Assembly: GCA_024654525.1 (NCBI GenBank) | Contig: JANLHI010000021.1 | Span: 1,969-65,968, forward strand | Source of the DNA: Patescibacteria group bacterium | Lineage (GTDB): Bacteria; Patescibacteriota; Minisyncoccia; UBA6257; 2-01-FULL-56-20 | Length of the DNA stretch: 64,000 nucleotides | Direction of reading: 5' to 3' | In this document: positions 7,881-16,690 of the stretch, piece after piece | Position numbering within the stretch: position 1 is the stretch's first letter | How the letters are laid out: every line of letters starts with the position of its first letter | Notes under the pieces: model-generated | The model's database searches: none | Told to the model about the DNA's origin: nothing | Seen by the model: only the letters and a program-made list of their open reading frames with translations | Made by a program: the position numbers and the translations under genes

Positions 7881-10469
7881 TTATGCTTTTTTTAATCGTA
7901 ACGAATTCAAAACAACACTTATACTGCTAAACGCCATTGCTGCTGCGGCAAAGATTGGACTAAAAAGAATTCCAAAAAAGGGATAGAGGATTCCGGCGGC
8001 AACGGGAATAAAAGCGATGTTATAGAAAAACGCCCAGAAAAGATTTTGCTTTATTACTCTCATCGTGCGTTTCGAAATATTTATCACTTCGGGAATCAAC
8101 ATCAAATCTCCTCTCATCAGCGTGATATTCGCCGATTCCATGGCAATATCCGTACCTTCGCCCATAGCGATACCAATATTCGCTTGAGTAAGAGCCGGCG
8201 CATCATTAATACCATCACCAATCATTGCCACAATTTTTCCTTGATTTTGAAGCTCGCGTACTTTTTCCGACTTCTTATCGGGTAATATTTCGCTCATCAC
8301 CTTGTCTATACCCACCTGTGTCGCAATAGCACGAGCGGTGCGGTCATTGTCTCCGGTAATCATCCAGACATCTATATTATTTTTCTTGAGAGTTTGTATT
8401 GCTTCGATTGATTCTCTTTTTAATACATCAGCCACCGCAAGCGCCCCCTTGATTTTTTTATCAACTATAAGAATCATTACCGTCTTGCCTTCATTTTCAA
8501 GACTACTGATATTGTCTTCGTAAGGAGAAATATCGAGACCAATATCTACAACCAAAGCTCGGTTTCCTAAATATGCCTCAACCCTTTGATTTTGAATTTG
8601 CAAAAATCCCTTCAAACCCTTTCCGGAAATAGCCTTAAAATCTTCCAGCTTGTGAAGCTTAATCTTCTCTTTTATCACTTCATCCGCGATTGCCTTATCA
8701 AGAGGATGTGATGATTTTTGATCAAGACTTGCGGCATACTGCAGTATAGCCTGCGCCAAAGGATGCTCCGACCTCTGCTCTAATGAAGCGGCGAAGGTAA
8801 GAACTTCTACTTGGCGACCATTATTGAACGCGACAATATCGGTTAATTGTGGTTTTCCTTCCGTAAGCGTGCCTGTTTTGTCTAAAACCACCGTGTCTAT
8901 TTTATTGGCAATTTCAAGCGAAGTGGCATCTTTGATTAAAATACCTTTATTTGCCGCACTCCCCGAAGAAACCATAATAGCCATAGGAGTTGCAAGACCG
9001 AGAGCGCAAGGACACGCAATTATCAAAACCGCTACAAAGTTTACAAGCGCGAAAGTAAATGCGGGGCCAAAAAAGAACCACGCGATAAAAGTAATAATTG
9101 CAATAACAAAGACCGCAGGAACAAAATACGAAGAAACGAGGTCTGCTAAACGCTGAATAGGCGCTTTGGAACCTTGAGCTTCTTCCACCATTTTAATTAT
9201 TTGCGAGAGCACCGTTTCTTTTCCGACTTTGGTAGCTTGGAAAGTGAAAGTTCCAAATTTATTTATCGTACTGCCGATAACCGCGCCCCCAATCGTCTTA
9301 TGCACAGGCATTGATTCTCCGGTTACCATTGATTCGTCAACTTCCGAATCCCCCTCGGTTATTTTCCCGTCAACAGGGATCCTCTCCCCCGGACGCACAA
9401 TGATTAAATCCCCTACCACCACATCGGAAATCGATATCTCAACTTCTTTTTCCTCTCTTAATACTTTTGCGGTCTTAGGTTGTAACCCAATAAGTTTTTT
9501 GATGGCTTCCGAAGCTCTTCCTTTCATCAACACTTCAAAATATTTTCCCAACAGAATCAAAACAATAATGATTGCCGAAGTATCAAAATAGACCGCCGGA
9601 GTTATTCCTTCTTTTATGAAAAAAGAGGGGAAAACAGTAACTACTACACTATAAAAATATGCAGCGAGTGTCCCCACGGCAACCAGAGTGTTCATATCGG
9701 CAGTCCGATATTTTACTACAAGTTTGAGTCCGCTATAAAACTGCCAACCGACCCAAAACTGCACCGGTGTGGTTAACACAAGAAGCACCCAATTATTGCC
9801 TAAAATTTTAGGAATGAAAGAGAATAAATCAGAGAAACTACCCAAAAATATAAACGCAGAAAGAATAGCGCCGATTACGAGTTTGCGTTTTAATATCTTT
9901 GCCTGATTTTCTCTTTCAAGTTTTTCCTTATCTATAACTTCTTCCTTGATGCCTTCTTCTTTGATTGGTGTGTAACCCGCATCAGTAATAACTTTTAAAA
10001 TTTCACTGGTATTTATCAAAGATGAATCAAAAACCACCTTGGCTCGCTGGTTGGAAAAATCAACATCTGTATTTTTGATACCTGATAACTTTTTTATGGC
10101 ACCCTCCACAATCATGGCGCAATGAGGAGAATCCATACCTATTACTTTCATCGAAACCGTTTCAGTATTTCCATTTGCATCACCAAAACCACGATGAGGC
10201 GAATCAACGAGTATCTCTTCTTTTTTGTCGGTAGTCATATATGCGCCTTTTTCTTTCTCACTCACTTCAAGATGATACCCTACTGATGCAACAATTTTTG
10301 CAAGTTCCGACTCGGAAATAACACTGTTATCAAATTCAATCAATGCGGATTCCGAAGCAAAATTAACCGAGGCTGAATGTACGCCTTCCGTTTTCAAAAG
10401 CACACGCTCGATTGTCGCAACACAACTTGCGCAATGCATTCCATTAATTGAGTATGTCTTTTTAATCAT
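7881..10469 (-). CDS. copA: Copper-translocating P1B-type ATPase
   Basis: Two N-terminal HMA domains (GMHCASCVATIE and GMDSPHCAMIVE), CPC motif (IIACPCALGLATP), DKTGTLT phosphorylation site, GDGINDAPAL hinge motif. Confidence 0.9.
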   Translation of the reverse strand: MIKKTYSINGMHCASCVATIERVLLKTEGVHSASVNFASESALIEFDNSVISESELAKIVASVGYHLEVSEKEKGAYMTTDKKEEILVDSPHRGFGDANGNTETVSMKVIGMDSPHCAMIVEGAIKKLSGIKNTDVDFSNQRAKVVFDSSLINTSEILKVITDAGYTPIKEEGIKEEVIDKEKLERENQAKILKRKLVIGAILSAFIFLGSFSDLFSFIPKILGNNWVLLVLTTPVQFWVGWQFYSGLKLVVKYRTADMNTLVAVGTLAAYFYSVVVTVFPSFFIKEGITPAVYFDTSAIIIVLILLGKYFEVLMKGRASEAIKKLIGLQPKTAKVLREEKEVEISISDVVVGDLIIVRPGERIPVDGKITEGDSEVDESMVTGESMPVHKTIGGAVIGSTINKFGTFTFQATKVGKETVLSQIIKMVEEAQGSKAPIQRLADLVSSYFVPAVFVIAIITFIAWFFFGPAFTFALVNFVAVLIIACPCALGLATPMAIMVSSGSAANKGILIKDATSLEIANKIDTVVLDKTGTLTEGKPQLTDIVAFNNGRQVEVLTFAASLEQRSEHPLAQAILQYAASLDQKSSHPLDKAIADEVIKEKIKLHKLEDFKAISGKGLKGFLQIQNQRVEAYLGNRALVVDIGLDISPYEDNISSLENEGKTVMILIVDKKIKGALAVADVLKRESIEAIQTLKKNNIDVWMITGDNDRTARAIATQVGIDKVMSEILPDKKSEKVRELQNQGKIVAMIGDGINDAPALTQANIGIAMGEGTDIAMESANITLMRGDLMLIPEVINISKRTMRVIKQNLFWAFFYNIAFIPVAAGILYPFFGILFSPIFAAAAMAFSSISVVLNSLRLKKA

Positions 10470-10531
10470 GGCTTTTCAGTATGGCTCTTTTTTACCTTAA
10501 ATTCCACGTACACCGTACGCACTTTACACAT

Positions 10532-11449
10532 CTACACTCCGCACCCTCCTCCCCCTCCTCCTTGACCTTCCGGCACTTCAACCTGCGTGGCAACCGTTTG
10601 AAAACCGGAGATACTCGAATACTTTTCCCCCAGGATTTCTTTCGGATTTACGCGTTGAGGATCAATGTTTCGAGAGGTGAAATATTGGGCAATCGTCGCA
10701 TATTGTTCGGGAAACCAAAAAGCGTTTGTCGCAAGCGCTATGCGATACATTTCTCCTTCAGTAGCGCCCCCGGACGCCAGAAACTGCAACAACCCCAACA
10801 TTGCCATACCATGATTACAATCGGGAAAGTACGTCGCATTATTGCAACATGGACGATATATATTTTTCGCCACATTCTCCACAAGCGTTTGATCCTCTTC
10901 GGTAAGCGCAAGAAATATATGCGCACTATAATGCGCCATTGCGTTACCGTGCGCGAGCGTCCACCCCCCTGTGGATGCAAACCGCTCCGCACCGCCATAA
11001 CGAGGACTCATCATCGGTCCCTCTTCCAAAATCCGATTCTTATTGCCAAGTCCCAATGCCCAAAAAAGATTGAGGAGAATACTCGCATTTTTTTGATCTA
11101 TTATCACATTCCCATTGTCCAAACCCGTAAGAAGTTTTTGTTCGCGCTCCGGTACGCCGCCCTGCACGGCGTAGATCGCTTCGAATTGATTCTTATCAAT
11201 TACTCCTGCCTCTATCATGCGCGCACCAAGATCACGCCACTTCACGGGAAGTGCAACAAGCTCTTCTTGTCCTGGACGGTTCTCATCGGAAAGATTGGGA
11301 ACATGTTTGCTTGTAATTACCGGCTGACTCTTCATTCCGGTTGTGTATATCCATGCACCCGCGAGCACCAAAGATGCAATCACAATACTCACCGAAAGCG
11401 TAATAGTATTTCTTTCCTGTTGCGTATTCGCTTTGTTTTCTGATTCCAT
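10532..11449 (-). CDS. Hypothetical membrane-anchored protein in the copper operon (N-terminal TM, Cys-containing CCNNATYFPDCNHG segment, Gly-rich C-terminus)
   Basis: ORF with a single N-terminal TM helix (ITLSVSIVIASLVLAGAWIYTT). No recognisable family. Start moved to an ATG at 11449; the track's 11482 start appears to be GTG. The overlapping plus-strand ORF 10481..11443 is rejected as spurious. Confidence 0.4.
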   Translation of the reverse strand: MESENKANTQQERNTITLSVSIVIASLVLAGAWIYTTGMKSQPVITSKHVPNLSDENRPGQEELVALPVKWRDLGARMIEAGVIDKNQFEAIYAVQGGVPEREQKLLTGLDNGNVIIDQKNASILLNLFWALGLGNKNRILEEGPMMSPRYGGAERFASTGGWTLAHGNAMAHYSAHIFLALTEEDQTLVENVAKNIYRPCCNNATYFPDCNHGMAMLGLLQFLASGGATEGEMYRIALATNAFWFPEQYATIAQYFTSRNIDPQRVNPKEILGEKYSSISGFQTVATQVEVPEGQGGGGGGCGV

Positions 11450-11459
11450 TGTATTGAAG

Positions 11460-11891
11460 TTAGCGACAACAACCGCCTGCACTCACATCATCCGACTTTT
11501 CCGACACGACACGATCAATAGCTTTCTTCAACTTCTCTTCCGCAATACGTGCAATTTCTTTCAATGCAAAATTATCAATCATTTCCATCGCTACCGTGGG
11601 AAGAATTGTTGCCACCCGCACCGTACCTTTTTCCTCATACACAATGATATTGCACGGCAAAAATAATCCTATTTCCTTCTCCGCAATAAGTGCATTGTAT
11701 GCAAGTTGCGGGTTGCATGCACCGAGAATTACGTACCTATCAACATCAACATTTAATTTCTTTTTGAGTGTTGCACGCACATCAACTTCGTGCAACACTC
11801 CGAAACCCTCACTCGCAAGCTCTTCTTTTATACGAGTAACCGCCTCTTCAAAAAGAATCTTTGCAACGCATGTATGACTGTATTTCATCAC
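11460..11891 (-). CDS. DUF302 domain protein
   Basis: 143 aa, characteristic DUF302 layout (FGVLHEVDVRATLKKKLNVDVDRYVILGACNPQLAYNAL). DUF302 genes are frequently found in heavy-metal resistance operons. Confidence 0.6.
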   Translation of the reverse strand: MMKYSHTCVAKILFEEAVTRIKEELASEGFGVLHEVDVRATLKKKLNVDVDRYVILGACNPQLAYNALIAEKEIGLFLPCNIIVYEEKGTVRVATILPTVAMEMIDNFALKEIARIAEEKLKKAIDRVVSEKSDDVSAGGCCR

Positions 11892-11893
11892 TG

Positions 11894-12583
11894 TTATGCA
11901 AGTAAATCTTTCTTCTTTTCCTCGAACTCTTTCCTGTCAATTTCTCCTTTTGCGTAACGCTCTTTTACTATCTCAAGCGCCAATCCTTTGCGATGCACAT
12001 TACTTCCCGAAACACTTGTCGCCCATCGCACAATCATAACGATGCCTGCAATGATAAGCGCCCAAAAAAGAAACATTACAATCCACCCCGATGTCCCCAT
12101 ATGCCCAAAACCATATCCATATCCCATCATGTTATATACCGGATATCCCCACGGAGCCGACCCTACTCCGTTTTTTACTGTCTTTACGTTTTCAAGAGAA
12201 TTAGATGCATTTCCTCCCCATAAACCCATCATTCCGTATCCATCACTTCCTTCATATACCGCATCGGGATTACACCCAGAAAACCGCTCTCCCATCGTCT
12301 CATGCATTGCTCGAAGCCCTTCTGCACCAGCTCTATCCCTTACCGATTGATCCATCGCTTCATGCGCATTTCCCATCATTCCATCCATGAAATACTCACC
12401 CAGATTCTCAAAATCCTCATCCCGAAAATTCGCACACTGCGTTTTTCCAGATTGCAATTCCTTCCATAAACTCTGTCCCGCAACAACCGTCGCATCTTCC
12501 CCGACGGCTTGCACAGAAATTCCCGCTACCATAACCGCCACTGCAAACATCATAACCCATACCATTCCCTGAAATCGTTTCAT
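11894..12583 (-). CDS. Secreted/membrane Met-, His- and Gly-rich putative copper-binding protein with a C-terminal SHOCT domain
   Basis: Signal/TM region, Met-rich motifs (MDGMMGNAHEAM; GYGMMGLWG; YNMMGYGYGFGHMG), a TM segment, then a SHOCT-like tail LEIVKERYAKGEIDRKEFEEKKKDLL. Confidence 0.55.
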   Translation of the reverse strand: MKRFQGMVWVMMFAVAVMVAGISVQAVGEDATVVAGQSLWKELQSGKTQCANFRDEDFENLGEYFMDGMMGNAHEAMDQSVRDRAGAEGLRAMHETMGERFSGCNPDAVYEGSDGYGMMGLWGGNASNSLENVKTVKNGVGSAPWGYPVYNMMGYGYGFGHMGTSGWIVMFLFWALIIAGIVMIVRWATSVSGSNVHRKGLALEIVKERYAKGEIDRKEFEEKKKDLLA

Positions 12584-12596
12584 TGTAATATTGCAA

Positions 12597-12866
12597 TTAT
12601 GTTTTCTTTGAAAATTTGTAGACCTTGAGTATTTCTTTCACCGCCATATCTCCTTTCCCTCCCTTCATCTGTTTTGTAGCGCACGTAGAGAGATGATTCT
12701 CCAAAAGCACATCTTCAACCCCGGAAAGTGCCTGCTTTGCCGCGGATGATTGTGTAATTACATCAATACAATACTCATTTTGCTCAATCATCCGCTCAAT
12801 TCCAGAAATCTGACCCTTCACTATCCGAAGTCGCCGTAACACGCTTTTCTTCATTGATTTTTCCAT
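12597..12866 (-). CDS. csoR: CsoR/RcnR family copper-sensing transcriptional repressor
   Basis: VLRRLRIVKGQISGIERMIEQNEYCIDVITQSSAAKQALSGVEDVLLENHLSTC matches the CsoR (DUF156) signature including the Cu-ligand Cys and His. Start set at MEKSMKKS so that the operator palindrome lies upstream rather than inside the coding region. Confidence 0.7.
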   Translation of the reverse strand: MEKSMKKSVLRRLRIVKGQISGIERMIEQNEYCIDVITQSSAAKQALSGVEDVLLENHLSTCATKQMKGGKGDMAVKEILKVYKFSKKT

Positions 12867-12874
12867 TCTTCTAT

Positions 12875-12893
12875 TATACCCCCTAGGGGTATA
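12875..12893. promoter_or_regulatory. CsoR-type operator palindrome TATACCCCCTAGGGGTATA, overlapping a TATAAT-like -10 element on the minus strand
   Basis: GC-rich inverted repeat of the ATACCC-N-GGGTAT type, which resembles the operators described for B. subtilis and M. tuberculosis CsoR. It lies 9-27 nt upstream of the csoR ATG. Confidence 0.5.
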
Positions 12894-12929
12894 CATAGTC
12901 AAGAATAAAAGCTATCCACAAACCGAATG

Positions 12930-13295
12930 CTACGGAAGTGCACACCCGCTCCGTTCCGAAAGCTTCTGTAACCCCTGCTCGCCCACCAATCTTTCCCCAT
13001 CACCGGTAATCCATGTGGGATATTCCTCTATTTTTTGTGCGACGCATTTTTCCGGCTCTGTGGGGCATTCTACATACGACACGTATTGGAACGAATCGCC
13101 GAATGCCCGTTTCTCATTCTGACAATGAGAACACCACTCCGCGCCATACATTACAAATTTCTTGTCCGCAAGGCATTGCGAAAATGCATCGTATGTCCCG
13201 TTTGCAGGCAAAGGGTCGTAAAGTAACCACCATAAACCTCCCGCAACCACTCCTACGAATACAAGCCCCAAAATCGTTTGCTTACTCGTTCCCAT
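12930..13295 (-). CDS. Membrane-anchored thioredoxin-like thiol-disulfide oxidoreductase (CxxC)
   Basis: N-terminal TM, then YGAEWCSHCQNEKRAF (thioredoxin-fold CxxC active site). Paralog of the 16284..16670 gene. Confidence 0.6.
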   Translation of the reverse strand: MGTSKQTILGLVFVGVVAGGLWWLLYDPLPANGTYDAFSQCLADKKFVMYGAEWCSHCQNEKRAFGDSFQYVSYVECPTEPEKCVAQKIEEYPTWITGDGERLVGEQGLQKLSERSGCALP

Positions 13296-13324
13296 AGTGA
13301 AGAAAAAATATGGTTTTGTTCATG

Positions 13325-13834
13325 CTACTCGTCACAACAATCAACTAATTTATCCACAATATCGCTGAAGGTCCACGCTTTGCCCCGAGCAGATTCTTCT
13401 TTCGTAATTTCTTTAAACCTCGACGCATCAATGAGTTTTAATCGTAACGCCCAGAACATCGAATATGTTTTGTATGCGCGATCGAACATTTCTTTCGCAT
13501 CTGTTTTTTTACCGTCGCCATTTAACTTTGTCCCCACTTCCATAAGGCGCATCGTGACAGCCAAAAGATGCTTCGTAATACACCACGTTTCCCCCTCGTG
13601 ACGCGGCACCATTTTTCCTAAAAGTTCTTTTCTCATTTCCCGTATTTCTCCAAGCAATGTGAGGTATTCAGGCTTCTGCGTTTTTGCGTTTGTGAAAAAC
13701 ATATGCTCTTCCAAACTTATGAGATTCATCACTGCAATGCTTAAGTCTTCTTCCGTTGAGAGATCCACCGTTCCTGAAGATTTAAGTTTTTCAATTTTTT
13801 TTATCAATTCCTCAAAATTTTCTTGTATTTCCAT
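13325..13834 (-). CDS. Hypothetical cytoplasmic alpha-helical protein ending in CCDE
   Basis: ORF with coding-like composition and no recognisable motif. Sits between the Trx-like gene and ccdA. Confidence 0.4.
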   Translation of the reverse strand: MEIQENFEELIKKIEKLKSSGTVDLSTEEDLSIAVMNLISLEEHMFFTNAKTQKPEYLTLLGEIREMRKELLGKMVPRHEGETWCITKHLLAVTMRLMEVGTKLNGDGKKTDAKEMFDRAYKTYSMFWALRLKLIDASRFKEITKEESARGKAWTFSDIVDKLVDCCDE

Positions 13835-13924
13835 GGTGGTAAGTATAAGTCACACTCATACGCAACGTACTATCTCCGTCTTACGGATAGTTGGGGGAGT
13901 GAACCATTCTTCTTGTGTCATAGT

Positions 13925-14707
13925 CTAAAGAATAAAGATTATTACGCCAAGAAGGATCGCGCCAACTCCTCCCCATATCCTCATAGTACCCGTTTCTCGT
14001 TTTTTCCACTGCTGTATACGCTCGAGAACTCCCGCATCGCTCCCTAATGCAAGGATGAAGATCAGCGGAAGAATAAAGACGAGATTATAGAGTACAAGAT
14101 ACCCCATGCCACTCGCGTAGTTTTGTCCATCGTGTAAAAGCCCCAAAATAAGCAGGTAAGGTCCTCCGGTGCACGGAAACTCACAGAGTCCTACAAGTCC
14201 CCCCAAAAGAAACACCGCGGGAAGAGACGCCTTTTCCATCAACGAAGCCATCGGCTTATGAGAAATACTGGGAATTTTAAGCTTGATTGGAAACGATGGG
14301 AAGAAATGATTAATGAGACTCAAGAGTCCCGCCGCTATCATGAGGGACGCCGCGAGTTTTGCCATAAAATGGGGCGTGTTAAAGAGATGAAGCGCTTGGA
14401 GAAGTCCCACTCCTATCAAGAGATACGCCATAAACACGCCGAGAATATAGAATCCTCCTATTGTAAGAATTCGCGCGCGTTCTTTTTGAATACTCACCAA
14501 AAATGCAATGGTAAGAATTAATACCGAGAACGCACAGGGGTTGATACTATCCAATACCGCCGCAACAAGCACAAGAGGCAAAAGCCATTTTCCTCCTTGC
14601 GATATATTCCACAATGCATCCGTTCCAAGATTCCCTGTCTTAATAATCAGCGCTCCACCGACAAGTACCACTACCACTCCTAACACGATCCAAAATCGTT
14701 TTGACAT
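13925..14707 (-). CDS. ccdA: Cytochrome c-type biogenesis/thiol-disulfide electron transporter CcdA (DsbD family)
   Basis: Polytopic membrane protein with the two conserved Cys motifs SINPCAFSVL and GLCEFPCTGGPY. Confidence 0.75.
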   Translation of the reverse strand: MSKRFWIVLGVVVVLVGGALIIKTGNLGTDALWNISQGGKWLLPLVLVAAVLDSINPCAFSVLILTIAFLVSIQKERARILTIGGFYILGVFMAYLLIGVGLLQALHLFNTPHFMAKLAASLMIAAGLLSLINHFFPSFPIKLKIPSISHKPMASLMEKASLPAVFLLGGLVGLCEFPCTGGPYLLILGLLHDGQNYASGMGYLVLYNLVFILPLIFILALGSDAGVLERIQQWKKRETGTMRIWGGVGAILLGVIIFIL

Positions 14708-14714
14708 AAGGGCA

Positions 14715-15230
14715 TTATGGAATCACTTCCGCAGAAAAAGTAAGTTCAAGCGGTTTTCCAGAATCCGTGGCGACATATACTCCACGGTTTACACTTCCCA
14801 AACCCGCAGGTCCATGCGCGGCGGGATCGAACACCGCCTCCACCACCGCCTCTTCTCCCGGCTCAATCGGAATATTAATGCGTGGTAAAAATCCGTGTCC
14901 GCGCATACCGAATGGTCCCGCATCACCGCCGGAAGCTCGTATTTGCGCCGTAGTACACATACACGATGTGTAGAGCTGTGTCACACGCACTGCCTCATCA
15001 CCGGTATTACGCACGGTAAACGCATGACTCACTTTTCCCGCTCCCATGGATATTGGGCCAAATGCGTATAAGCTTTCATCGGGCACAAGAAGCGAAGGAA
15101 CCTGTGACACCTGCACCGGTACTGTATCTTGCGAGCGCCAACTCCCTACCACTACAATACCTCCCACTATCACCATCACCGATACAATTCCTAAAAAAAT
15201 ATTATTTGTGTTTTTCATGAATACACGCAA
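14715..15230 (-). CDS. Membrane-anchored DUF1573 domain protein
   Basis: N-terminal TM. Beta-sandwich-like segment with FTVRNTGDEAVRVTQLYTSCMCTTA, typical of DUF1573. Confidence 0.5.
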   Translation of the reverse strand: MRVFMKNTNNIFLGIVSVMVIVGGIVVVGSWRSQDTVPVQVSQVPSLLVPDESLYAFGPISMGAGKVSHAFTVRNTGDEAVRVTQLYTSCMCTTAQIRASGGDAGPFGMRGHGFLPRINIPIEPGEEAVVEAVFDPAAHGPAGLGSVNRGVYVATDSGKPLELTFSAEVIP

Positions 15231-15294
15231 AATTCACTACAAAAAAACGAGCGTGGTTGCGTTGCGACTACAACGTAACTACGCTTGCCGTTTT

Positions 15295-15693
15295 TTATAT
15301 GAGAGAAGGAATGCGCCTTTCACGAAGTGCGAGCCAACGATAAAAACGTACCGCATGCGGTCTGTCGCCGCGTGATGCATCTGTGGTACGGTACCCGGAA
15401 TCAAAAAAGGAAAAAATCGACGCACTACCGGACCATGCTATGCTAAAAACCACGGCAAGAAGCATTAACAATCCAATCCATCCGATAACATGTATCGTGG
15501 AAAAACTCTTGAGAATGTTCAAATGGAATGTCGCCATCCCGACAGATCCCACCGCTTCGGGACATATTGTCCCTCCTGTCGCGGTTTCCACAAGACACTT
15601 TCCGTATCCATCATGGTTCACCATCGCAAGCGCGCCGAACACCGCCATACCAAGAAACGCGCTAATCACGATAATCCCCAAAATCCTTTTCAT
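15295..15693 (-). CDS. Small two-TM membrane protein (hypothetical)
   Basis: Start set at MKRILGIIVISAFLGMAVFGALA, which has a GGAGG Shine-Dalgarno about 10 nt upstream. The longer ORF would overlap dsbB by about 145 nt. Confidence 0.35.
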   Translation of the reverse strand: MKRILGIIVISAFLGMAVFGALAMVNHDGYGKCLVETATGGTICPEAVGSVGMATFHLNILKSFSTIHVIGWIGLLMLLAVVFSIAWSGSASIFSFFDSGYRTTDASRGDRPHAVRFYRWLALRERRIPSLI

Positions 15694-15743
15694 ATACAGT
15701 GATTGTATACCTCCGACTATCCGTTCGCAACTGTGAACTATAT

Positions 15744-16280
15744 CTAATCCTCTTTTCTCATGCGCGCCATAACAAGAGAAACGATGATTAACGCAAATGC
15801 GCTCACTGCCATCATCGGTATCGTAATATACCCGTACTGAAGAACAAAACGTTGAGAACACGCCGCAGAGTATCCCACTGCCGAACACGGAACGGCAGGC
15901 GCCACACCCACTTGAAGCAAGTAATGATATGCGGCAATAATGCCTCCGATAACCGCGAGGGAAAGAGAATAATCAAGAATTGCTTTTTCTTTTTTGAAAA
16001 GCGCGATTCCCAGCAATATAACTTGCGGATACATGAAAATTCTTTGGAACCAACATAATTTACATGGCTCGTATCCGATAATATCGGAATACGTGAGACT
16101 GCCAAGTGTCGCGATAACCGCCGCGGAAAATGCGATCCAAAGCGCTTTTTTCTTCACCACCGTGCGAAGCCATGGAAACGCACCGGGAAAAAGCATTTCT
16201 GCGACAATAAGCACCACCGCAATATCGGCGGCAATCGTCAAAATGCCGAGTATTTGATTCACGCCATATGTTAATGTCAT
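15744..16280 (-). CDS. Disulfide bond formation protein, DsbB/BdbC family
   Basis: EPCKLCWFQRIFMYPQVILLGIAL closely matches the B. subtilis BdbC PCELCWYQRILMYP motif. There is a second Cys pair, CSAVGYSAACS. Four TM helices. Confidence 0.7.
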   Translation of the reverse strand: MTLTYGVNQILGILTIAADIAVVLIVAEMLFPGAFPWLRTVVKKKALWIAFSAAVIATLGSLTYSDIIGYEPCKLCWFQRIFMYPQVILLGIALFKKEKAILDYSLSLAVIGGIIAAYHYLLQVGVAPAVPCSAVGYSAACSQRFVLQYGYITIPMMAVSAFALIIVSLVMARMRKED

Positions 16281-16283
16281 GAT

Positions 16284-16670
16284 TTATTTTTCAGGAGGAA
16301 GTTCGCACCCTGTTTTTTCCGCGAGACGCTCAAGCGACACCTCACCCTCTTCCCGACTCCCATCGGAAAATACCCACGTGGGATATGCTCCAATTCCCCT
16401 TTCGGTACAATACGCCAACCGACCACGTGCATCACTTGTAGAACATTCCACATAGGGAAGTTTTTCCACGGATTGTCCAAAAAGTGCTTTTTGATTTTGG
16501 CAATGTTGACACCAAAATGCTCCGTAAAATATTGCTCCTTTGTCGCTAAGGCATTGCGTAAATTCATCCAAATCATCTCGCCCAGCGGGCGTTGATAACG
16601 ATAAAAGTCCCACCACGATAACTGCCAATGCCCCTACGACCCACCACGTATTGATTCTTTTTTTTGGCAT
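16284..16670 (-). CDS. Membrane-anchored thioredoxin-like thiol-disulfide oxidoreductase (CxxC), paralog of the 12930..13295 gene
   Basis: N-terminal TM, then YGAFWCQHCQNQKALF and a conserved YVEC...YPTW...GC.LP frame shared with the paralog. Confidence 0.6.
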   Translation of the reverse strand: MPKKRINTWWVVGALAVIVVGLLSLSTPAGRDDLDEFTQCLSDKGAIFYGAFWCQHCQNQKALFGQSVEKLPYVECSTSDARGRLAYCTERGIGAYPTWVFSDGSREEGEVSLERLAEKTGCELPPEK

Positions 16671-16690
16671 GTAGCGGTATATTTACCTTT

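Noticed and set aside
10481-11443. Plus-strand ORF of 320 aa
   Set aside because: Antisense to a better minus-strand ORF with an N-terminal TM, in a minus-strand operon. Arg/His/Leu-rich composition typical of spurious reverse-frame ORFs.
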